This document shows positions 39,230-50,420 of a DNA stretch of 64,000 nt, in pieces (positions within the stretch are counted from its first letter, which is position 1; each line of letters begins with the position of its first letter). This DNA is from Basidiobolus meristosporus CBS 931.73. Taxonomy: Eukaryota; Fungi; Basidiobolomycota. The DNA is taken from assembly GCA_002104905.1 (NCBI GenBank), contig MCFE01000125.1, positions 97,230 through 161,229 of the forward strand, in the 5' to 3' direction. A program made the position numbers and the translations under genes. The notes below the pieces were generated by a model that was given only the letters and a program-made list of their open reading frames with translations, did not search any database and was not told the DNA's origin.

Positions 39230-40947
39230 TTAAATTGTTGAGAACTTCGGAAATGCATCATCTTTGCTCAACACCAAGAATCCTTTATCATGTGACATGT
39301 AGCCCTTGATATACCCTTTGAAGATCATATTTGCCAGTATGCATTCCACTTCAGCCAACTCCAGCTCCATGCCAACAAAAACCAGCGCCGTCTGAAGGAC
39401 TTGGAACGGGATACGGGTGTTCTTGTCGGTCAGCAGAAATCTACCGGGCCGGGTTAGTGACATCTGGGTGCATCGATGCTTGAATCGGGACTTACACTTT
39501 TTTGAAAAGCGTGCGGATCACGATCGCACGCGTGCGCTCTATCGTTGAATAGACTCCTTTCTGGACCAGTGTTCTTTCCATAGCCGACAAAGCTTCATCA
39601 AAGCACTTAAGGTCTCCAACGCGTATGGCTCGAACAAATGGCTCGTACACTTTCTTAATGCTGGTAAATTTGCCCAACAGTTTCGGCGCTGGCAAAACCC
39701 CTCGCGCAAGCAGTGAAGGAATAAGAAAAGTCAATATGATTCTAATTCAGATCAGTAAGACTGGGTTAGAGGAAAGATACATCTTGTCGTCGCGCTACAG
39801 TCGGCACTTACTCTTTGTTTTTGCGACTGCTGCGAGGGCATCGCTTGAAGGCAAACATGAACTCTTCTTCAGCCTATACATAACCCCATCAATAAACCGA
39901 AAGGAAAATCGCCCTGTTTGCGCTCGCAAACCCGATTACCTTCTTATAATCTTCTTTCATGAATGCCAATCTTCCTAAATAGTATCTATAGCCGACTTGA
40001 TGGGCTTTGGGATATCGCTCGAGCGAAGGGAGGTCAGATGCCTTTACAGCTCGGAGGATATTTTCGCATAAACCATGTGATTTGAGCTGTTGACTAGCAT
40101 TAGAGCTGGCGGTCATGTACAAAAAACGATTGCTATACCTTGAAATATGTACTGAAGAGTAAATTGATGATACGGTAAGTTCCCCATTTGCGAGAGGTTT
40201 GTACGCTCGAGTTTCTAATTCCGCGGGTAAGTAAAGTAGAGCGCAGACGTAAAAGTGGATGTGTAGATAGCTTCCATTACCTATCTGTGATGCAAGCCGT
40301 AAACGATTTGTTGATTGATCTTGCTGCATCCTCTAATTTTCCGGTTTTCTCGCGTCTAAGCAATAGTTGATTGTCAGCCTAGTAAAGATTCAGATAATGT
40401 CGGGTTACTAGTAAGAATCAGCGAGCAATTGCACGTATGCTCACATACCATAATGGCAACATCCCGGAGATCCGTATTTACAACATAGAGTACTGGTAAG
40501 CACCAGTTCGTTTGTGTAGTAAATATTCTAAGAAAAGCTCTTTGATGAATCAAGGAAAACACCAAGGGAATTTAAGGGTGCGAGATCAAACAACATAAGG
40601 TTCAAATGTCTCAAGGATACTGACAGCAAGCAAGTTGAGCTGCATAGGCAGCTATGTAATTTCTCTCCTTAAGAAGGTGGGTTGCGCGGAGATGGTTGGT
40701 CAATACAGGCTCCCAAGCAGGTGGAACTTCATTTTGACAGTGTCTCTCAAATTGGTGCTATGAATACACTGTTGATTAGTAAAGTTGAAGGATAGCCGAT
40801 GATGGTCTTGAGATTGCCCACCTGATTAGTGGTATTGGATACCGTCAAGGATTCGTTGTCGCGAATACTCAACGACTGGACCAGTGGATTGGGGTTGTTT
40901 AAAGCAATGGCTTGAGAGATTGTGCTGGTGTATCGACGTAAACTCAT
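39230..40947 (-). CDS. PCID2: PCI-domain protein PCID2/CSN12/Thp1-like (multi-exon)
   Basis: NWCLPVLYVVNTDLRDVA, YPKAHQVGYRYYLGRL, FVRAIRVGDL and EVECILANMIFKGYIKGYMSHDK. Confidence 0.85.
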
Positions 40948-41464
40948 ACGCGTTTAGGTGCTGTTGTAAGGAGCAAATAATGCATCCATCAAAATTGCAT
41001 GCGGTTTGTATGCGAATCAATCAGTGCTAATGAAAATCAGGATTGTGTGATTTGATGTGTACAAGTGGAGTGTACTATTTCAGAACTGGTTGTTTATTTT
41101 GGATATAGGGAAGCAGATACACCCAAGGCTAAAGTTCCTCTGCCTTGGCATTGTTGTCATTGAATAAAAGCAAGAAGGAAGAGGCCAGAAAAGGAGAAGA
41201 GAACCGGCGGGTGACTGATACGAAGGGGAGGAAGGAAATAAGTACCTGAGGGAAATATATGTCAGCCAAGCTAGAAACCATAGGCTAGGAACGAGCGTGC
41301 ACCAACGAGGAAAGAATTGAAAGAAAAGACAGACTATTCATCTTTGAAATATATATGAAGAAGTACAATATGGTTACCATTGCATGAGGTAAATGGGTTG
41401 GTCTACGGAAAGGCCTCTAAAACAGGAGGGTGGAAGTATGTATCGAACTGATCCCCCACTAACC

Positions 41465-42878
41465 TTACATCTCCCGATGGCGCTTTCTATCCCGGTCTTC
41501 GTAATCTCTCGACCGAGATCTACGGCGGCTGTTGTCGGCATCTCTATCTTCGTAGTCCCTGTGGTAGTCCCGGTCACCGGATCGGCGTCTTTCGTAACTG
41601 TCACGGTCTCTGCGTCTGTAGTCACGATCGGAGTATCTATCGCCCTCTCTACTGCGATCGTATCGTCTACTGTCTCTATCACGGTCTCTGTAGCGGCTGC
41701 GGTCTCTAGAGTCCCGACGACCTCCACGATCCCTTGGCTTCTCACCGTATTTTTTCTATGGCTGTGGATTAGTACCGCGCGATAATTACTAGTGTTGTGA
41801 GACTAATACATACGATGTATTCATCCAAGGCTTCACGGATCTTGGCATAGCCGGTATGTTGCTTTCCCTCCATATGAGCGTCCAGTCGCTTGGATGTATC
41901 ATTGGTGACCAAAAACGATCCACACACGTCGCAGACCTCCATGCGCTTTTCTTGCTTGAAGATAGGATTGGAGTCATCATTCTAAAGAAATAGTTAGATG
42001 TGAGTTGCGTGCAACCATTACGCTAACGAGGTTTTACATTTTTCAACGTGGCAAGCTCGGCCTGCAGTCTCTCAAGCTGCTGGTTCAAATCTTGCGCTTC
42101 TTGAACTCTGCCTTCTTCGCCTGCTTCCTCGATCTATTCCGCATTCAAGGTCAGCAAAAATCTCCGCGCACTAGACATATGAACATGGGAAATACCTGGG
42201 CCAACAGACTTTTGATCCTTTCGTCGAGCAGAACGATCTTCTCTTCCTTTTCGTCTTTGTTAGGGTTCAGCAGCTATATGGGCAAAGATTTTAGTTCTGC
42301 GGGGCTCAGCTAGTTATACGGTGGAAATAAGACCATACCGATTCATCGGGCTGAATGTTCAGACGTTCTTTACCCTTACGAATCTTACGGTCAAGGTCGT
42401 TGATTAGGGATTGAAGGTACTCATAAAATTCCTCTTCGTACCCGTATTTGTCACGATCTTCAGCTTCTTGGTAACTAGATGCACATCAGTAACGTGGCCA
42501 ATCGAGGCAATGTATCGTCCCAGTACTCACTCTCTTCTTAAAGCTTCTTCGTGAATTTTGTCACAAGGGCCTACAAACGATAGAACAGCGCGATGAGTTT
42601 TTGCTATTTGGTAACGATTGCAACGGCACATAGCACCTACCTAGATCTGACTTGGTGTTGATAAAAAGTTCGTGTGGGCAAAATCTAACAAGGAAATATT
42701 TGCATACCTAGTTCAAGAGAAGGATTAATAACAGGATCGAATGATATTAAGTGAATGGTGCAGCATGTGGAATAAACCAACAAGCCGCGAAACCTACATC
42801 TCTATCATAGAATTTCTTTTTAGATTCAGATTCATAGGGGCTCATAAGCTCCGAAAGCAGGTTTCTGGCGTAATCCAT
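41465..42878 (-). CDS. LUC7: U1 snRNP protein LUC7 (multi-exon)
   Basis: MDYARNLLSELM, CCPHELFVNTKSDLG and MEVCDVCGSFL...DAHMEGKQHTGYAKIR, with an RS/RD-rich C-terminus ending KRHREM*. Confidence 0.9.
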
Positions 42879-43206
42879 GGTCGAAATCTACCTCGTCTAG
42901 GGTTGAGTAGAACACGAGAGTGACTTGGCACGTAAGAGAAAAAAATCGGATACAAACACAAGTTCTAATGGGATTTTATCCTCGGATTTTGCAAAGAAAT
43001 GATGATGCACAAGTGCCACAAAATCGATCATATTTGAGGTCAAAATTATCCCCACCCGCGTCATAATTCTAAGTATTTTATTCAACATTATTTGTGTCAA
43101 ATGTACAAAGCTCCAAGTGGTTTATACTGAATCTACCCAGGAGCCATTTTAAGCAAGATCCTTACGCTACTGTCCTCTGGACCGAAATCGCTTATATGAT
43201 GTCCAC

Positions 43207-43781
43207 CTAGGTGCTTGCTTTAATCTCCGTGGGAACGGAAGGGTCTGAAGGCAGTAATTCAGAATCTTTCATGTTCGCAGAGGGCTCGGTCTCCTCGGTA
43301 GTATTATTACTGGCTTTACTAGTCGGCTGGGTCTTTGGCAAGATGTCTGGGAAAACTTAGCAAGCTACGAAGCGGGCTTTACTTAGGATCCGCACTTACC
43401 ACTGAGAAATTCGAAAACATCTTCATTGACGGGAATGTTGGCTGTTTGAGAGGCGATGAGTAAGACAAACAGTGCGCAAGTAACGATGAGCTGCGACCAA
43501 ACCTAGATCCTTGTAAGCCAAGGTTTTTCTTTTATCTGCTTGCGAGTAATTATATCCAGAGGCGGAAAATTTCTTGACAAATAGTTCCTAAGCTATGTTG
43601 TCAGGACCAAGAATTCTGCTCTGCCTATCGAGGTGCTTACCGTTGCTTTGGATATTAAAAAGACTGCTTCATTGGAACAGTTGTTCACTTCGGGGTCAGC
43701 CTTTATAATACGTTTGACACGAGCAATTGGAAACTCGCTAACTCCAGTTGCAACGTACTCCTCAGCGGACGTTGAATCCAT
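43207..43781 (-). CDS. H2A-like histone-fold protein (Dpb3/CHRAC1/NF-YC family, multi-exon)
   Basis: FPIARVKRIIKADPEV...EAVFLISKAT, then KRKTLAYKDL and EDVFEFLS. Confidence 0.8.
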
Positions 43782-43944
43782 CAGTGCGTAGCAAGCAATG
43801 GGCTTGTATGTGACGGTGGTATTCAGTCATCATATACGAAAACAATCCGTCAAGAATCAACAATCTCATACACTCTTTCATTGGTTGTTGAGGAGCATAT
43901 TTTGATAGATAGTTTACAATAATCATGGGTCAATTTTTGCTACC

Positions 43945-44990
43945 ATGAGTCTATCCTTGAATGCAGTGGAGTTTCCTGATTTTTATGGCTGCTACCTTCT
44001 GCGTTCGTTGAAATTACGCTGCAAAAACCACTGTTATGTTGGTTCAACGCCGGATCCGATTCGCAGATTAAAGCAACATAATGGGGAACTCAGTTCAGGT
44101 GCCAAGAAAACTTGCAAAAAGCGACCCTGGGAAATGGTGTTGATAGTTCATGGATTCCCTAGTAATCTAGCTGCCTTGCAAGTATATATTGTCTGATTTC
44201 CTCCGTTGCAACAAGTTCTACTTTATTTACTAATGTCACCCGGGCCAGTTCGAATGGGCCTGGCAATATCCTCACCGCTCGAGACATTTAAGCCAGTTAC
44301 GTGGAAAATTTAGCGGCCAAAAGAAAGAGGCATTTTTACCCACCAAATTGGAAGTTCTTATCGAGATGCTAAACTCAAATGAATGGAAAAGATGGCCGCT
44401 GAAAATCCGCTTCCTGAAACAGGAGGTTTTTAGCAGCTTCGAATCCCTCAATTGGCCCAACCATGTTCCCATAAGCGTTGGTGCACTAGAAAACATGGCG
44501 CATACTTTCGCCGATGAAGGGGAAGGAGAAGGTTCGAATGTTCAAGCTTGTTGAGCCTAGATACAATCGTTCTAAACCAGGGTCAAACATCCTTAGGACG
44601 GATACAACTTGACGAATTTAACAAGTATATGGCGTTGGAATCCGGTGGAGTCAAATGTGCAATTTGTTTGAATGAGATCGAGATAAAGGTAAGCTTCACT
44701 ACTTTGTTCAGCCAGAACATGGGAAGCTGACGCATCCTCAGGGGCCAATATGCTGGGCCACTTGTCAGCATTCCGGGTGTACTATGTATGCTCATCTTAC
44801 CTGTCTGGCAGAGAATTTTGTACAGAATGCAGCTAAAATCGACCCTAGCGAAGAGAAGCAGCTGCTCCCAATCCACGGATCATGTCCTACATGCCGCAAA
44901 CGTCTCTACTGGGGAGACATCATCAGAGCCGTACATGCTCTCCGAAGTAGTTTGCTGGGATCAGGAACTCTCGCTGGGTACGAAGTTTAG
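43945..44990 (+). CDS. SLX1: Structure-specific endonuclease Slx1 (GIY-YIG plus RING-like domain)
   Basis: FYGCYLL...[30 protein letters not shown]; C-terminal CAIC...HLTCLA...CPTC. Confidence 0.93.
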
Positions 44991-45296
44991 AAGCATTGGT
45001 TGGAATCTCGATTGCAATAAAGTTCCAGTTGGCTGGTGGTTGTAAATAATCTTATGTGCCGTGCTCTGTGCTCATGCTTCCTGGTTCCTTGTTTCGTCTA
45101 TTAGTTTGTCCTGATGAAATTTAGTGGTCAAATCAATTCATTCGCTATCGATCACGTAGGGTGGCATGTAGGGTGAAAGGATCACTTGTATTACTGTTAT
45201 AAAGCCCTTAATTTACGGGTGACTGCAATTCCACAATCTACTTCTATCCATCATACTACTATATTACAGCTGCTAGAGAACACCTAGAAACCCCCA

Positions 45297-47178
45297 ATGC
45301 ACACAGCCAATAGTGGAGATATCGACCCACCCATAGTACAGGGATCCTCTCACTCTGTTCTTCCATTACCTTCTCAAAATGGCGAGCCTAATGAGCGGAC
45401 AGGCCTATTAAATAATCGGGAGAATGCCAACGAGCTAGTAAGTTCGCTATTGTCCTAAGCCGAGTCAATCTTCCGTATGTTAATCAGCAATCTATGCAGA
45501 CTTTCCGCCAGAAGAAATTCGCTCTGCTCTTCATAACTTTCTGCACGCTTGCTATACTTACCTTGTTTAGCGTGCTAGGCCCTATCATTATTAGGCACGT
45601 TAATGGTGAGCCAAGTCAGGCCCAGAGGCCAACCTATTTCAACGGTAGTGAGACCTTTGAATCAACAGTCGTTTTGATTTCCTTCGATGGGCTAAGGTCA
45701 GAGTACTTGGACCGTGGGTTTACACCAACCATTGAGAAGTTGGGTAAGTAGTGAAACACCGTCTGCAGTCCCACCACACGCTAATAGCTGCTCCGAACAG
45801 GCTATGCTGGAGTCAGGGCTGAGTACATGCTGCCGTCGTTCCCAAGCGTCACCTTTCCCAACCACTACACATTAGTCACGGGGCTCTATCCCGAGTCTCA
45901 CGGGATCGTCGGAAATGTGTTCTTTGACTCCAAATATAACGACACATTTATCTACACAAAGCCTGCACAGAGTTGGGACTCCAAGTGGTGGGGTGGCGAG
46001 CCGGTACTAGTGAGATTCGATTTGTTGCTTGAAATTAGCGCCAACTAACATTGATGACACCCCTAACCTTGACCAGATATGGATCACGACAGTGAGGCAG
46101 CATCAACGATCAGCAGTGCATATGTGGCCTGGATGCTCCACAGAGATACACTCGCATAGACCGACGTACGTAGATGAGTTTGATCACACGGTCGAACCTC
46201 CGGCGAAAGTTGACCGGATCTTGGAATGGCTAGATATGCCAGCATCTGAAAGGCCCACGTTCATTGGGGCGTATGTCTCCGACGTCGATACGGCTGGGCA
46301 TCAATTCGGCCCCGACTCGGACGAGGTTTGTTTCTTTCCCCAAGTCTTTGTTGAGCCAGAAATGAACCCATTCTTCTAGGTCAACAAATCCTTATCAAGG
46401 ATAGATTCTATGGTCTCAAGCCTGCTTACCGGCCTTACGCGGCGCAATCTGACCGAAATCGTGAACCTGGTGATTGTAAGTTGCACTTGTTCGCGTGCCC
46501 CATCGCATGGATGAATCAAGCTGATAAAACATACTAGGTTAGCGACCATGGCATGGCGCAGACCAGCTCACAAAAGCTGGTGTACTTGGACGACTTGATT
46601 GACATGTCCCTGCTGAAGGGGATTTACGTACACCCGTTGGCGGGGTTGGTCCCCAAAAACCCGACTGGTATATCTCGCTTGCTTTACAATCCAGTAGCCC
46701 CATGCTTACGCTCGTTCTAGACACCCAGAGAATATACAAGAAGCTGAAGAGAGCTAGCCGTGGGGAGCACTGGGATGTATATCTTCGTGAGGATATACCC
46801 CGTCGCTTTCATTACTCCACCAATCAGAGAATTCCTCCCATTGTCTGCATCCCTGAAGTGGTAAGTACCTGCCAGCGTCATGCATGCCACATTTACTGAT
46901 CAGAATCCTTCAAGGGTTGGTCTTTCACCACACACAAAGAATACGACCCATCGAATGGGCCATTCCATCCATTCGGGATGCATGGGTTTGATAATCTAGC
47001 TCCAGAAATGCAGGCCAGCTTCGTTGCTCACGGGCCGGCATTTCGAAAATCCTATGGAAAGCGGATTCCTGGATTCCCTAATGTGGAGCTCTACGGAATA
47101 CTGGCCAAGGTGTTGAATTTGAACCCTGCACGGAACAACGGGACTGAGGCTTGGAATGGGGGAGTGTTTCCTGTGTAG
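45297..47178 (+). CDS. NPP1: Type II membrane nucleotide pyrophosphatase/phosphodiesterase (multi-exon)
   Basis: N-terminal TM helix; VVLISFDGLR, PSVTFPNHYTLVTGLYPESHGIVGN, WWGGEP, DTAGHQFGP, SDHGM and HGFDN. Confidence 0.92.
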
Positions 47179-47784
47179 TTTGGTTGAATGTCCATAATAA
47201 GCCTTTCAATAAAACTCATTGAAAAGTGTGTATTTCCATATCTATACCGAAGCTGAGACGAATGGATCAGATAAGTCCTAACCTTGTTTTGGAAGCCTAT
47301 GGATCTTTACTCAAACGATGATTCGCTTAAGGTGAAATATGTCGGGACCCCGCCGAATTTTTTCATTGGCTATTGATAATCAAGGTGGTTGGTTGGTGTT
47401 GAATGTTTCCCTGGGACGACGCGTGGGCAAATCAGATAACTCATGCAATGCTTTCTGGTGAGTATCTTTGCACAAGCAACTACTAGCGTCTTAAGCTCAG
47501 TGTTTCCCGTTTGTCTTTGGTTTGATAGAGAGTATTAGCCACTGAACTATCCTGCTGTTCATTTATTTCAAGTTCTCTGATACTCCTAAAGTGGTGCTGT
47601 GCAAATATGTTTGGTGGATTCTCATTGCCTATTATGCGCTCGATTATTTCTTCCGCAGAAGTGACCCAATTTTGGTAAATCAGTTGGTCATGTTCTGTTC
47701 TAGACGTACTTTTGTGTGCATTAGCCTTTGCTATCCATTAAATTTTTCTAGATGTTACTATTTGTAGGTGCTACAGATATATAA

Positions 47785-50191
47785 ATGCTCGCAGACATCT
47801 CCACAAAAGATCAGAAAACGACTTACTCTTCTAGCAAAATGGATAACTCTCATCCTTCAACCGACGTATCCCAGACTACCTCAAGATGTCCCCTTGCCGG
47901 CAAGTGCCCATACTATGACCAAGTGAAGAGCGATCCAGCCCATCATTTGCACGGAGAGAACAAAGAATGTCCTGTGAAGGGAAAGTGTCCTTATTATGAC
48001 ACCGTCAAAGAAGGTCATGAGGCAGGTGCAGGCAAGTGTCCTTTCCTTGAGGGTGTCAAGGGATCCCGCGAACAAGGAAAATGCCCTCTCGCCGGAAAGT
48101 GCCCTACTACGACAGTGTAATGGCTCAAGGAGCCAGTGAATGTCCAGTCAAAGGGAAATGCCCACATTACGATCAAGTCAAGCAGAGTGTGACAGTAGAA
48201 GATAAGAAGGCCGAGAAATGCCCTCTTGCCGGCAAGTGCCCATACTATGACCAAGTGAAGAGCGATCCAGCCCATCATTTGCACGGAGAGAACAAAGAAT
48301 GTCCTGTGAAGGGAAAGTGCCCTTATTATGACACCGTCAAAGAAGGTCATGAGGCAGGTGCAGGCAAGTGTCCTTTCCTTGAGGGTGTCAAGGAATCCCG
48401 CGGAGAAGGAAAATGTCCCCTTGCCGGAAAGTGTCCCTACTACGACAGTGTAATGGCTCAAGGAGCCAGTGAATGCCCAGTCAAAGGAAAATGCCCACAT
48501 TACGATCAAGTCAAGCAGAGTGTGACAGTAGAAGATAAGAAGGCCGAGAAATGCCCTCTTGCCGGCAAGTGCCCATACTATGACCAAGTGAAGAGCGATC
48601 CAGCCCATCATTTGCACGGAGAGAACAAAGAATGTCCTGTGAAGGGAAAGTGTCCTTATTATGACACCGTCAAAGAAGGTCATGAGGCAGGTGCAGGCAA
48701 GTGTCCTTTCCTTGAGGGTGTCAAGGGATCCCGCGAACAAGGAAAATGCCCTCTCGCCGGAAAGTGCCCCTACTACGACAGTGTAATGGCTCAAGGAGCC
48801 AGTGAATGTCCAGTCAAAGGGAAATGCCCACATTACGATCAAGTCAAGCAGAGTGTGACAGTAGAAGATAAGAAGGCCGAGAAATGCCCTCTTGCCGGCA
48901 AGTGCCCATACTATGACCAAGTGAAGAGCGATCCAGCCCATCATTTGCACGGAGAGAACAAAGAATGTCCTGTGAAGGGAAAGTGTCCTTATTATGACAC
49001 CGTCAAAGAAGGTCATGAGGCAGGTGCAGGCAAGTGTCCTTTCCTTGAGGGTGTCAAGGGATCCCGCGAACAAGGAAAATGCCCTCTCGCCGGAAAGTGC
49101 CCCTACTACGACAGTGTAATGGCTCAAGGAGCCAGTGAATGTCCAGTCAAAGGGAAATGCCCACATTACGATCAAGTCAAGCAGAGTGTGACAGTAGAAG
49201 ATAAGAAGGCCGAGAAATGCCCTCTTGCCGGCAAGTGCCCATACTATGACCAAGTGAAGAGCGATCCAGCCCATCATTTGCACGGAGAGAACAAAGAATG
49301 TCCTGTGAAGGGAAAGTGTCCTTATTATGACACCGTCAAAGAAGGCCATGAGGCAGGTGCAGGCAAGTGTCCTTTCCTTGAGGGTGTCAAGGAATCCCGC
49401 GGAGAAGGAAAATGTCCCTTGCCGGAAAGTGTCCCTACTACGACAGTGTAATGGCTCAAGGAGCCAGTGAATGCCCAGTCAAAGGGAAATGCCCACATTA
49501 CGATCAAGTCAAGCAGAGTGTGACAGTAGAAGATAAGAAGGCCGAGAAATGCCCTCTTGCCGGCAAGTGCCCATACTATGACCAAGTGAAGAGCGATCCA
49601 GCCCACCATTTGCACGGAGAGAACAAAGAATGTCCTGTCAAGGGAAAGTGCCCTTATTATGACACCGTCAAAGAAGGTCATGAGGCAGGTGCAGGCAAGT
49701 GTCCTTTCCTTGAGGGTGTCAAGGAATCCCGCGGAGAAGGAAAATGTCCCCTTGCCGGAAAGTGTCCCTACTACGACAGTGTAATGGCTCAAGGAGCCAG
49801 TGAATGCCCAGTCAAAGGGAAATGCCCACATTACGATCAAGTCAAGCAGAGTGTGACAGTAGAAGATAAGAAGGCCGAGAAATGCCCGCTTGCCGGCAAG
49901 TGCCCATACTATGACCAAGTGAAGAGCGATCCAGCCCACCATTTGCACGGAGAGAACAAAGAATGTCCTGTGAAGGGAAAGTGTCCTTATTATGACACCG
50001 TCAAAGAAGGCCATGAAGCCGGTGCAGGCAAGTGTCCTTTTCTTGAAGGCGTGAAAGGGACCAATGAAGAGGGAAAATGCCCTTTTAAACACCATATGAC
50101 GACTTCAAACAAAGGCGAATGCCCAATTAAGGGAAAATGCCCACATTATGAGCAAGAGTCGAAAGGCACTTCATGCCCTTTTTCTAAGTAA
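47785..50191 (+). CDS. Uncharacterised Cys-Pro tandem-repeat protein (~800 aa after correcting two 1-nt deletions)
   Basis: The three consecutive ORFs 47785-48120, 48081-49451 and 49412-50191 join via single missing C in C-runs (~48103, ~49418). The 111-aa unit has 9 CP motifs, and variation between units is mostly at third codon positions. Confidence 0.7.
47885..50060. repeat. 333-bp tandem repeat, about 6.6 units
   Basis: GACAGTGTAATGG recurs at 48111, 48444, 48777, 49110, 49442 and 49775. GACCAAGTGAAG recurs at 47917, 48249, 48582, 48915, 49248, 49580 and 49913. Confidence 0.97.
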
Positions 50192-50420
50192 AGCATGGAG
50201 GTGAACATGGCAAGCCACACCAACATCACAAAAAAGTATCATTATCAACACGTATATAGCACCGTTGTGTCAAGCAAAAATAATCATGCTCGGCTGAATG
50301 TGAATAAATAGATATGCTCCATAGGAAATTCCGTCCACCAAAAACGAAAATAAACAAAATATAATCGAAAATACTCCAAAAAATTACACCTTAGTTTTCC
50401 GTTATCACCTGCCATTAGTC

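Noticed and set aside
41374-41785. Val/Ser/Thr-rich ORFs on both strands
   Set aside because: These are alternative frames of the RS/RD-rich LUC7 last exon.
48015-50095. Long antisense ORFs (444 aa and 256 aa) over the 333-bp repeat
   Set aside because: These are shadow frames of the repeat. The plus-strand CP frame shows mostly third-position variation and has a plausible start and stop.
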